Origin: Candidatus Rifleibacteriota bacterium | Lineage (GTDB): Bacteria > Muiribacteriota > Ozemobacteria > Ozemobacterales > Ozemobacteraceae | Assembly: GCA_015232575.1 (NCBI GenBank) | Contig: JADFZL010000018.1 | Location: 66,264 to 130,263 of the forward strand | Length of the DNA: 64,000 bases | Direction of reading: 5' to 3' | Shown here: in pieces, positions 55,309 through 64,000 of the stretch | How positions within the stretch are numbered: position 1 is the first letter of the stretch | Layout of the letters: every line of letters starts with the position of its first letter | Position numbers and translations under genes: made by a program | The notes under the pieces: generated by a model | The model's database searches: none | What the model saw: only the letters and a program-made list of their open reading frames with translations | Told to the model about the DNA's origin: nothing

Positions 55309-56153
55309 ATATATTTCAAATCATCTCTTTCAAGGCATAATTCTTTAAGTGCTATTTTAACTTCGTTTTCATCAGGCATTCGATAATGCCAAATCGGCAC
55401 ATTTTCCATATATGAAATCCCTTTGCCCTTAGTAGTATTAGCAATAATTACACTTGGTTTTCCTTTGACAAATGGAACGCTGCTTAAAGCATCTGAAATT
55501 TGCTGAATATCATGCCCTTCAATCACTCTTGTTCCCCAACCGAAACTACGCCATTTCTCGTCCAGCGGAGACAATGAGCCAACATTATCAATAAAATCTA
55601 TTGCCTGAAGTTTATTATAATCAACAATGGCAACAATATTATCGAGTTTATGCTGATTAGCAAAAATAGCCGCCTCCCAAATGCTTCCCTCTTGACATTC
55701 ACCATCTCCCATAAGAATATAAACTTTAAAATCTTTTTTGCTCAATTTACCCCCAAAGGCAATACCTACACCAAACGGAAAACCGTGCCCCAGAGAGCCA
55801 GTCGAAGCATCAACTCCTGGCAACTTAAGCATATCAGGATGACCACCAAGGGAATTACCTTTTTGGCATGTTTTCAAAAGTAATTTCTTATCCAGGAAAC
55901 CTTTTTGTGCCAAAATTGAGTAAAGAGCAATTGAAGCATGACCTTTGCTGAGAATAAATCTGTCACGCTCTTCCCAATCTGGTTTCGACGGATTAACATT
56001 AATATACTTTTCATACAATACCGCCAGGATCTCAGCAATTGACAAAGAGGACGCGAGATGCCCGCCGCCAGCATTATACATAACTTTAAACATTATTTGC
56101 CGAAGCATCAAAACATCTTTTTCCAATTTATTTTCTTCAACTTCCATTACCAT
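55305..56153 (-). CDS. Transketolase, N-terminal (TPP-binding) subunit
   Basis: GHLASSLSIAEILAVLY and ILMGDGECQEGSIWEAA (ThDP-binding GDG motif). Confidence 0.9.
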   Translation of the reverse strand: MVMEVEENKLEKDVLMLRQIMFKVMYNAGGGHLASSLSIAEILAVLYEKYINVNPSKPDWEERDRFILSKGHASIALYSILAQKGFLDKKLLLKTCQKGNSLGGHPDMLKLPGVDASTGSLGHGFPFGVGIAFGGKLSKKDFKVYILMGDGECQEGSIWEAAIFANQHKLDNIVAIVDYNKLQAIDFIDNVGSLSPLDEKWRSFGWGTRVIEGHDIQQISDALSSVPFVKGKPSVIIANTTKGKGISYMENVPIWHYRMPDENEVKIALKELCLERDDLKYI

Positions 56154-56198
56154 ACCACCACCCGCTGATAGGATCCATTGTCGAAATCAGTAAACACC

Positions 56199-57266
56199 TT
56201 AAATAAAGTTCACATGTTGTCCATGTGATTTTAAAATTTCGTTAATCAAAATATTTCTGTCATCATAAACACAATGGTGGCGACACTGCACCATAGAATT
56301 AAATGACTCAAATAACTTTTTTGTATCCTCCGAAAACCATATATCTTTAAAGGACATCTGATGCAAATCACCAATTTCAGCACCTAGTACATAGGCTTTA
56401 TCATGGCAGGGGTATATTTTACTGTCAGCACCAATAACAGTAACAATCTGATTTATCGGGCAAAAAGAGTATGACCTTTCAAAAACCATGGATAAATTAA
56501 AATCATCCTCATATTTGTTAATTACTTTAAATTTTTCATCAGCTAAATCATCTACTGCTCTGCGAATCTGGAAAATTGCTTCTTCCTTAAAATCTTTATG
56601 ATAATCAAATAAATCCTTTGTTATGCGTGCAGTGTATTTTATATGATTAGCCCCCAAGCTTTTAATCAGCTTAGCCATTTCATAAGTTTGATGCACATTT
56701 TCATGATTAACAACAAAATTTACCCCAAACTCGCAATCTGAGTTTTTAGTTGCCGCAAAGTGTTCGATATTTTTTATCAATTCAAAAAAGCAGTTTGAAG
56801 AAATATTACGTATTTTGGAAAACGTCTCTGCTGTTGCAGCATCCATGGAAATTCTAACCCATTTGGCTCTGCAAAAAAGATCCGCAACTGAACCTCTTAA
56901 CAATTGTCCATTTGTAATTAAGGACAGATCAATGTTTTTCTCCAAAATCATTTGCGCTGCCTGTTCAATATGAGGATAAACTAATGGCTCGCCTCCACCA
57001 CTGAAAGTTATCGCCTTAACTCCAATACTGTGGAAATCATCAATTGTTTTTTGGAGAATCGGCCACGGAATCTCATCTTCAAAGCGAACACCTTCGCGCA
57101 GTCTTAAATCCTTATCATTGTAACTACAGTAAAAACAGTGATGGTTACATTTATTTGTTGGCTTGACACGAACATAAACTGGCGCAGTTATTTCCTTATT
57201 TGAAATAGCCTTTAACTTCTCATTGTGCCAGAAAATCTTTAAATTACTATATGGATTATTGCTCAT
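56199..57266 (-). CDS. Radical SAM enzyme
   Basis: KCNHHCFYCSY (Cx3Cx2C). 355 aa. Confidence 0.75.
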   Translation of the reverse strand: MSNNPYSNLKIFWHNEKLKAISNKEITAPVYVRVKPTNKCNHHCFYCSYNDKDLRLREGVRFEDEIPWPILQKTIDDFHSIGVKAITFSGGGEPLVYPHIEQAAQMILEKNIDLSLITNGQLLRGSVADLFCRAKWVRISMDAATAETFSKIRNISSNCFFELIKNIEHFAATKNSDCEFGVNFVVNHENVHQTYEMAKLIKSLGANHIKYTARITKDLFDYHKDFKEEAIFQIRRAVDDLADEKFKVINKYEDDFNLSMVFERSYSFCPINQIVTVIGADSKIYPCHDKAYVLGAEIGDLHQMSFKDIWFSEDTKKLFESFNSMVQCRHHCVYDDRNILINEILKSHGQHVNFI

Positions 57267-57269
57267 GAT

Positions 57270-58295
57270 TCATTTCAGTTTAATTGCCTGCATAGTCTTG
57301 ATATTATAATATCTGACATCATTCATGGAGTCAACTATTTTTCCTGTATCAAACGCTTTCACCATGTCTTTAACTGCATCCTCAATAGAATGACTGGCAA
57401 CAAAACCCAATTCCCTTTTAAGTTTTTCAGAAGAAACATGATATGATCTATTATCGTTGGAAGGTATTGTTTCAATAGAAATATCCTGACCAACAACTGT
57501 TTTAACAATTTCAGCGATTTCGGAAACACGATGGTTTTCATACCCTGCATTATATATTTTTCCATCAATCTTTTCTTCATCCCATTCCAAAGAACGACAG
57601 TACAATTCTGAAATATCTTCAATATGAATATTCGGGCGCATTTGGTTTCCGCCAAAAACTTTAATTACACGGTTATTAACTGCATGATTGGTCAGAATGT
57701 TTACGGTAAGGTCTAGTCTTTGCCTCGGTGAATAACCACATACTGTCGCAGGTCGAATAATCAAAACTGTGAAGCCATCACTCTTTTGCTTCAACAAATA
57801 TTCTTCACATAACGCTTTATATTTTGAATAATCAGTTAATGGCTCAAGAGGCAAGTCTTCCGTAACATTTTCCGTATCTTTAATTCCGTAAACACTTGAG
57901 GAAGATGCAAAAATAAATCTTTTAATTTTATTTTTTCTGGCGATATCAACAAGATTAATAAAGGCAGTATAATTAACACTTTTCCCCAATTCAGGATCAA
58001 GATCAAAACTTGGATCATTGGAGATACATGCCAAATGAATAACGGCATCTGAGCCTGAAACTTCTTTTTCTAATAAGCTTCTGTCTCTGATATCTCCCTT
58101 TATTTCAATTAAATTAGGATGATTTTTTACTTCATGCAGAACATCATCCCCATAAATATATAAATCTAAAACTTTAACTAAATAACCAGCCTTAAGCAAC
58201 TTAGGAACAAGAACGGCACCAACATAACCTGCCCCGCCTGTAACCAAAACATTTTTAATCGGTTTATCCATAATTTTAATCTTCATCCTCGACAA
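57270..58295 (-). CDS. NAD-dependent nucleotide-sugar epimerase/dehydratase
   Basis: VLVTGGAGYVGAVLV (GxxGxxG). YSKYK catalytic YxxxK. Confidence 0.85.
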   Translation of the reverse strand: MSRMKIKIMDKPIKNVLVTGGAGYVGAVLVPKLLKAGYLVKVLDLYIYGDDVLHEVKNHPNLIEIKGDIRDRSLLEKEVSGSDAVIHLACISNDPSFDLDPELGKSVNYTAFINLVDIARKNKIKRFIFASSSSVYGIKDTENVTEDLPLEPLTDYSKYKALCEEYLLKQKSDGFTVLIIRPATVCGYSPRQRLDLTVNILTNHAVNNRVIKVFGGNQMRPNIHIEDISELYCRSLEWDEEKIDGKIYNAGYENHRVSEIAEIVKTVVGQDISIETIPSNDNRSYHVSSEKLKRELGFVASHSIEDAVKDMVKAFDTGKIVDSMNDVRYYNIKTMQAIKLK

Positions 58296-59238
58296 TTTGA
58301 GAGTTAAATAGTCTGGTTATTTCCCTTAAAACATCCTCTGGCTTAATTAGTCGCATACAAGAATCATCAAAATAAGCACATTTTTTATCATAGCAAGGAA
58401 ATTTTTCGCAGGAAAAATTTTGTGGAAACATCTTAATTCCCAAACCGTAAAAATAATTTTCACAATAATGTGTTGGTCCAAATAAAGCAACTATTTTTTT
58501 ATTTAATGCAATAGCTAAATGCATTCCAAAGGAATCATTTGTAACGACAAGCCTGCAGTTGCTTATCCATTCAAAATAATCCTCCATACTATTCAAGCCT
58601 TCCTGCCAGGAAACAGTATATTTACTACTTATCAATTTCTCAAGTTCCTTCCAGTAAACATCGGGCCATGCCTTGAGAGGCCATTTATTTCCTACCTGAT
58701 AATTAAAACCAATGTCATATTTTTCACTTGAAGTGGGTGAATAAGAGAAAACATACTTTTGTTTTTTCCACTCAGCGCCAACCATTTCAAACAAGCCTTC
58801 CTGCCAAGATGCTTTTCGCTTACGTTTTTTCTCGATGTCCTGACAGATGCTCAACACGATGTGTGTTCCATCGTATGCTTCAGCAAGACCTTCTCTTACA
58901 TCGAAGCGAAAACCGTATCTTCGCCAAGCTTTAATTGAATCTGCCAGGGCGCATAAGCCAGGAACTTTTTCCAGATTTATTACCGTATCAAAATGTTCAG
59001 ACTGGAGCTGCAAAACGTTAGTCAAATTATAAATAAGTATTCGATGAATGAGAGGATTATTTTTCAATATTGGAAATGCTTTCTCGTCTACCAGCCATGT
59101 AACATGCTCATCTTTATACAAATTCAACAAAACTGTTGAACGTATAACATCGCCATAACTTGTCGCAGTACTTATTTCGTGCTCAAGTGTTTCTGAATAA
59201 CCGACCTTTATTATTAAAACCTTGTGCTTCTGATTCAT
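58276..59238 (-). CDS. Glycosyltransferase family 9 (heptosyltransferase-like)
   Basis: LVVTNDSFGMHLAIALNKKIVALFGPT matches the GT9 signature (DSGPMHLAAAL...ALFGPT). Confidence 0.8.
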   Translation of the reverse strand: MNQKHKVLIIKVGYSETLEHEISTATSYGDVIRSTVLLNLYKDEHVTWLVDEKAFPILKNNPLIHRILIYNLTNVLQLQSEHFDTVINLEKVPGLCALADSIKAWRRYGFRFDVREGLAEAYDGTHIVLSICQDIEKKRKRKASWQEGLFEMVGAEWKKQKYVFSYSPTSSEKYDIGFNYQVGNKWPLKAWPDVYWKELEKLISSKYTVSWQEGLNSMEDYFEWISNCRLVVTNDSFGMHLAIALNKKIVALFGPTHYCENYFYGLGIKMFPQNFSCEKFPCYDKKCAYFDDSCMRLIKPEDVLREITRLFNSQIVEDED

Positions 59239-59252
59239 ATAAAATTTTTCAT

Positions 59253-60152
59253 CTACTTTGGATTTTCAAAATCTGAAGAAGGAAATATAATCTTAACTGA
59301 AGTATAACCATATTTTTGGTAGTGGTTTGTCTTTACTTTTACATCACAAACACTGCATAATCCATAATTGTCACAAAGAGTATAACCTGGAAAGACGATT
59401 GATTCATCCAGAACATTGCCCAGGCAATGCTGGACTCTGGAAAAATATAAATCGGAGTGACAACGGAAAATATTTCCCTCGGGTGAGACAGGAATTACAG
59501 TATTTTTGCATTGAACTCTTTTTTTTGTGTGTTCTCCAAGAGCAGCATCTGGATAAAGAAATTTTCCATAAAATTTCCCATTATAATAGCCTAAGAACTC
59601 TTTTGGACGCAAATCTACCCGCAATTTTTCAGCATATTTTTTTATTTCAGCTATTTCATCGGTTAAGAAGGGTGCATCAAGGTAATATAGCCCAATGCTG
59701 AGGATTTCCTGAAATTCAGCAATTCTTTCAATTAATTCTTTATAATCATTTTGTCCCTTATGATAGCTCACTCTGATTTTGGGATAAGGGGCTTCTCGTT
59801 GGTTCCATTGCAATGATTTAAGTGCAAGAAAATGCTCTTTTTTTAAATACGAAGGCAGCGCAGTCAAAATATCCATTTTATTGTGAACAGCTTCAAGAAT
59901 TTCCCAAATACCCTTGAATAAAAAAGGTTCTCCGCCCTGCAAGGTCAAGGGAACATCCTTCGGTAATACAAACCTGTTCAACGCGATAATCCAATCCTGT
60001 GAAGATAAGTAATTCGGCTTTTTTTGCTTGAAATCAGAATTATTCAACGAAGTAATACAATAGGCGCAATTTAAATGGCATTTTTCTGTAAGATAAACGC
60101 CAACATAATCATAATCATCTGGAACTAATATTTTATTCATAAAATAATCCAA
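59253..60152 (-). CDS. Radical SAM enzyme
   Basis: EKCHLNCAYC (Cx3Cx2C). 299 aa. Confidence 0.7.
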   Translation of the reverse strand: MDYFMNKILVPDDYDYVGVYLTEKCHLNCAYCITSLNNSDFKQKKPNYLSSQDWIIALNRFVLPKDVPLTLQGGEPFLFKGIWEILEAVHNKMDILTALPSYLKKEHFLALKSLQWNQREAPYPKIRVSYHKGQNDYKELIERIAEFQEILSIGLYYLDAPFLTDEIAEIKKYAEKLRVDLRPKEFLGYYNGKFYGKFLYPDAALGEHTKKRVQCKNTVIPVSPEGNIFRCHSDLYFSRVQHCLGNVLDESIVFPGYTLCDNYGLCSVCDVKVKTNHYQKYGYTSVKIIFPSSDFENPK

Positions 60153-60173
60153 ATTTTTGGATTTCTCCGATTT

Positions 60174-63100
60174 TTATATACTCAGAAGATGTTTCTGTTC
60201 GCGGATGTTTGATTTGCCGAAGAGAAAGAGAAAGCCCTGAGGCCATTGTTTCTGTGATGCGAAGGCGAGAGAAGCGTAGGAGTTTTTTGTTCCGATCAGG
60301 TAGTTGCATTGAGAAACCATGAGAGCATCAACCAGAGTTCTTTCGGCTGAAAGGAGACCTGAATCCGGCAATGTTCGTGAAGTTTTTCCGGTGTGGATAT
60401 CAGAATTTGTTAAAAGGCGATTGCCATAGCGTTCTCGATAATAGTCATTCATAGAAGGGAAATCTGATATTAAGAATATTCCAATTTCAGAATTTATCTG
60501 GACAATCCTATCAATGAAAGTTAAATACTGAGAATGAATCTCTGATGATTCATCGGAATCAAAAAAATCTTCCGCACCTTTTCCCGAAATCGAAACAGCA
60601 ACCCAGGGACGTCCCTTCATAAATCTACCGAACAACGATTCTGCCTTTTCCTGAATTAGCTTCACCGGCTTTAAATACTTCGAAAATAACTTTAAATAAA
60701 TCACATCCTCTGAAATACCATAATAAGAAGAATCTTGTGCTATCCAAGGTATTACAGCAGATAACGGAGTAAAGAAATCACTTACAACAGCATTCTCCGG
60801 CCTGGAAAACAAATATTGCGCGACCATTCGTGAATCTCTGCCAAACCATTGATTTTCAGGCTTCTGAAAAACTTTTGTATAATTCCACTTGCCCGGAAAA
60901 AACGACATTCCAGGATTTATTTTTTTCTCATCACCAGGAGAAAGCGGCTGAAAAAATCTTTCAAACGAATTCAAATCATTATAGTCATGGTAGAGCGAAT
61001 TTTCTCCCCAATGTACAATTGGCAAGCGACCAGTAAGTTCAGCAACCAGACACTGAGCGGCAACATGGTGAACATCTTGCCAGAAAGTCTGTCCAAGTGA
61101 GTGAATCAAATAATACCTGTCTTTCTCTTTTTTCATAAAGCTTTTTTCAGAGAGTTTGAAAGTCGGCGACAAACCATATCCCTGCGCCACTTTTGCCAGG
61201 TATTCACCAGCCTTTTGAAGATCTGCACCAGCCTTTGCCATGTATTCACGAATCTTCGATTCAGCAAGTGCAAAATTTCGCTTTTCAACAAGTTCTGATA
61301 CTTTTTTCAGCTCCGGATCGATTTCTTTCTGCAAAGTATTCAGAGCCTGAATCTTAAATCCTGGAAAATTACCAAAGCTTAAAGCGGGTTTAATTTCCTG
61401 ATTCTGGAAATTAACCCCAACAGAAAGATATAGATTCTCAAGGTTTCGAGTAAAACGCTCTGAATCAAATAGTGCCTGTTTTGTTTTATTTGCCTGCAAA
61501 AGCTGCTTTTTACCGGCAAGATAATTTCTGTCAATAACCAGTTTTATAGCAAGGTTTTCGTATTCTTCCCATGAATGAGCAATAAGATCCGGCAAACCCG
61601 CAGCATGAAGCAGACTGCCAGCTACTCTTGCCGGAAAAGCATTTCCCATATATGTTACAACCGGCAATCCAGCTAACAGGGCATCGGCAGCCGTTGAGTG
61701 AGCATTATATGGCCAGGTATCAAGAAAGACATCTGCCAGACGATAACGGGCAAGATGATCTTCAACCTTTGGAACTCGTCGTGCAAACACAATACGGTCG
61801 GGAGAAACGCCAAATTCTTCAGCATTCTTCCGGAAATTAGTCAGAGTCGGTTCATTGCGTGCCATGAGCCAGAGAACACTTCCAGGCACTTTTTTCAAAA
61901 GAGACATCCAAACCTGCCACAGCTGAGGATTAATCTTATAGTCATGGCTGAATGAACAAAAAACCACTCCATTTGCTGGCAAACCACATGACTCACGTGA
62001 TGGAGTTTCTGCAGAAATTGACAAATTAGATGCTGCTGGCAAATAGGTGTCAGGCATGTACAAGACTTTTTCACTGAAATATTTCTGATGTTCAGCAGGA
62101 ATGACATGCCTGTCAGCAATAATGTAATCAATGTATTCTACTGCAAGCGTTCCCGGATAACCAAGGAAATTAATGTGTACCGGAGCCGGCCGATATGAAA
62201 ATACTTCTATTTTGGAATCTGTCGTATACCCAGCAAGATCCACAGCGACATCTATTTCAAGTTCACGGATCTTCCCTGCTATTTCACGTGCGGTTAAGCC
62301 CCTCACATCAATGAATTTATCGAAACATTTCAGCATGCGGGCTCTGATGCTACTATTGTCGTCTATTCCAAGAGAAATCGCATAAGTTTCAAATTTGTTC
62401 TTATCGTGATTTTCAAATATTCCACACATCAGATGTCCAACCGGATGCTCACGCAAATCAGGTGACATATAAGCAAGCCGCAATTTCTTGTGATTGTATC
62501 TTTCACCTTTCCAGAGAGGAGTCTGGGGAGGTAGACAATAATGCTTTGCAAATATTTTTGCGCATTCAAACTGATCAGCAATTGAATCAGAAAGTGCCAT
62601 AAAAGCAAGGGTCTTACAAATGCGTTTGCCTGAACGTATTCCGGAAATTATTTTATCCCGCATTTGTGTAAAATCTTTCCAGTCGCCTATGTGCAACCTT
62701 TCATAAAGCAAAAGCCCTAATCCATAGTCATAATCAGGGCTCTGCCTTAGCAGGCGCTCAAACATGTCTATAGCTTTGGCACTTTCCTTGAATTCTGTCA
62801 AAAGTATTGCACTGTTTGCAAGAGCAGTCGAATAATTTGGATCAATCTCAAGAATCTGAGCAAAACGCATAAGTGCATCCTTGTGGCGATACATGTCGCG
62901 TAATAATACACCGCTGTTTACGATTGCACTCAGATAATCTGGTTTCAGCCTTATTGCCTCATCATAAGCACGTAAAGCTTCTTCTCTTTTTCCGGTATTC
63001 TGAAGAACGTTGCCATATCCAAACCAATTATAGGGAAAATCTGGCCTTGCTTCACAACCTCTTTTGAACAGTTCAAGCGCCTGATCAAGTTTCCCACGTC

Positions 63101-63278
63101 CAAATAATATGACTCCCAGAGAATACAGCGCAACCGGTTCATTTTTATCACCTTCAAGAACGGCTCTGAATGCAGCCTCAGCTTTTTCAAGATCGCCTTT
63201 CTGCTGCAACTCAAGCGCCTGTGTCAATGATACATTGGATTCAGAACGTCTTTCATTCTTAAGCATCACCACGTTCAT
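60174..63278 (-). CDS. Large multidomain protein: N-terminal TPR repeats, a GT41 (OGT/FlmG-like) glycosyltransferase domain, and a ~400-aa C-terminal domain of unknown function (possible second GT)
   Basis: TPR-like helices at residues 1-200. LRLAYMSPDLREHPVGHLMCGIFENHD, FSYRPAPVHINFLGYPGTLAVEYIDYIIADRHVIPAEHQKYFSEKVLYMPDTYLP and GVVFCSFSHDYKINPQLWQVWMSLLKKVPGSVLWL are paralogous to the 29357 protein. The ~400-aa C-terminal extension has no recognisable motif. Confidence 0.7.
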   Translation of the reverse strand: MNVVMLKNERRSESNVSLTQALELQQKGDLEKAEAAFRAVLEGDKNEPVALYSLGVILFGRGKLDQALELFKRGCEARPDFPYNWFGYGNVLQNTGKREEALRAYDEAIRLKPDYLSAIVNSGVLLRDMYRHKDALMRFAQILEIDPNYSTALANSAILLTEFKESAKAIDMFERLLRQSPDYDYGLGLLLYERLHIGDWKDFTQMRDKIISGIRSGKRICKTLAFMALSDSIADQFECAKIFAKHYCLPPQTPLWKGERYNHKKLRLAYMSPDLREHPVGHLMCGIFENHDKNKFETYAISLGIDDNSSIRARMLKCFDKFIDVRGLTAREIAGKIRELEIDVAVDLAGYTTDSKIEVFSYRPAPVHINFLGYPGTLAVEYIDYIIADRHVIPAEHQKYFSEKVLYMPDTYLPAASNLSISAETPSRESCGLPANGVVFCSFSHDYKINPQLWQVWMSLLKKVPGSVLWLMARNEPTLTNFRKNAEEFGVSPDRIVFARRVPKVEDHLARYRLADVFLDTWPYNAHSTAADALLAGLPVVTYMGNAFPARVAGSLLHAAGLPDLIAHSWEEYENLAIKLVIDRNYLAGKKQLLQANKTKQALFDSERFTRNLENLYLSVGVNFQNQEIKPALSFGNFPGFKIQALNTLQKEIDPELKKVSELVEKRNFALAESKIREYMAKAGADLQKAGEYLAKVAQGYGLSPTFKLSEKSFMKKEKDRYYLIHSLGQTFWQDVHHVAAQCLVAELTGRLPIVHWGENSLYHDYNDLNSFERFFQPLSPGDEKKINPGMSFFPGKWNYTKVFQKPENQWFGRDSRMVAQYLFSRPENAVVSDFFTPLSAVIPWIAQDSSYYGISEDVIYLKLFSKYLKPVKLIQEKAESLFGRFMKGRPWVAVSISGKGAEDFFDSDESSEIHSQYLTFIDRIVQINSEIGIFLISDFPSMNDYYRERYGNRLLTNSDIHTGKTSRTLPDSGLLSAERTLVDALMVSQCNYLIGTKNSYASLAFASQKQWPQGFLFLFGKSNIREQKHLLSI

Positions 63279-63468
63279 ATTATTGGACTCCTAATAATTT
63301 TCTCTCAAATAGAACTCACTTTTCGAGCATATCACATGGTTAAGATTATTATCAATAAAAACAAAGGTTTTTTTCAGAAAAGAAGAGAAGATTTTTCTCT
63401 CGAAAGTCAAAAAAAATGGTACAAAAGTTCAAAGATCTGCATGAAATATAAGCCAATCAGGAAAAACG

Positions 63469-64000
63469 TTAAAACATGTTTTCAACTATGCCTGGAATTT
63501 TATATATATCCAGATCATAAGTTAGAGGATAGCCCCAGAATTCCATACAAGCCCTGTAATGCTCACATGCACTGAAAAAGTCATAATTGTTAAAGTGTCG
63601 ATGACCGCCGTTTATGACTTCTAAAAGAAGCTTTGACTCAAGAAGCTTGACCTGAATTCGGAATTGAATTGCCTGATTGTAGTACAAGCAAGCCTCATAA
63701 AAATTGTTCTTGTAATAGTATTGATTAGCCACCAGCGATGCCTGAGCAACATTACAAGGCTCTGCAGGCTTGAAAAGGTTTTTCCATGGTGTATAGCTGA
63801 TATATTTCCGGTAAAGGTCCTGTAAGTCAAAATCATAGCACTTGTGCCATGGTTTTATTGGTGCTCCAAAATGAAGGATTCTCTCTGGATAATTCTCAAG
63901 TATTTTTCTGTCTTCAAAGCTTGCCGGACCAAGATTCCATTTAAGTCCTATTCTCGTCTTCTTGAATTTCAGAACGCTGTTAATGGCGTCCTGATCAAGC
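63469..64000 (-). CDS. Glycosyltransferase family 8 (LgtC/RfaJ-like). C-terminal part only; the gene starts beyond the window end.
   Basis: The reverse-strand frame is open to the window edge. Translation reads ...ILHFGAPIKPWHKCYDFD...; the HF-G..KPW motif is diagnostic of GT8. Confidence 0.55.
   Translation of the reverse strand, partial: LDQDAINSVLKFKKTRIGLKWNLGPASFEDRKILENYPERILHFGAPIKPWHKCYDFDLQDLYRKYISYTPWKNLFKPAEPCNVAQASLVANQYYYKNNFYEACLYYNQAIQFRIQVKLLESKLLLEVINGGHRHFNNYDFFSACEHYRACMEFWGYPLTYDLDIYKIPGIVENMF

Noticed and set aside
1-64000. CRISPR arrays, tRNA/rRNA genes, insertion sequences, integrases
   Set aside because: No short direct repeats with unique spacers were seen. No transposase or integrase-like ORFs and no cloverleaf-like conserved tRNA segments were recognised. 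The only extensive repeats are intragenic (giant gene) or the flagellin duplication.

Overview
This is a low-GC bacterial chromosomal segment with no rRNA, tRNA, CRISPR array or transposase/integrase that I can recognise. The flagellin sequences and the split transketolase suggest a Firmicutes/Clostridia-like lineage, but that is not certain. It is a motility and glycosylation supercluster with three parts. (1) A type IV pilus / T2SS-like assembly operon: a GspF/PilC C-terminus, a GspE/PilB ATPase, and PilM-, PilN- and PilO-like genes. There is no secretin. (2) A flagellin glycosylation island core. On the minus strand are an AsnB/PseA-like amidotransferase, an MBL hydrolase, a methyltransferase and a Maf-like (DUF115) protein. 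On the plus strand are two tandem 751-aa flagellin paralogs, each with a sigma-28-like promoter and a conserved 5' UTR carrying paired CAAGGA (CsrA-like) motifs. flaG follows. A single 11.3-kb ORF comes next. It encodes a 3767-aa protein that is essentially about 470 tandem octapeptide repeats with consensus [ST]-T-[DST]-Q-[IV]-x-[AS]-[LMF]. It has its own sigma-70-like promoter and a strong terminator. (3) About 35 kb of sugar-nucleotide and glycan biosynthesis genes. These include two TPR + GT41 (O-GlcNAc-transferase / FlmG-like) proteins, and glycosyltransferases of families GT4, GT9, GT8 and GT47-like. There are six radical SAM enzymes, two of them B12-binding, and at least six SAM methyltransferases. 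There are also a C-methyltransferase, a DegT aminotransferase and a formyltransferase in one cassette, a split transketolase, NAD-dependent epimerases/dehydratases, a cupin, and a second AsnB-like amidotransferase. The most unusual element is the giant Thr-rich octad-repeat protein. It sits between flaG and the OGT-like glycosyltransferases, and I cannot place it in a named family. A degraded MazF-like toxin/antitoxin remnant and a long imperfect inverted repeat in an atypical pilN-pilO gap are also present.
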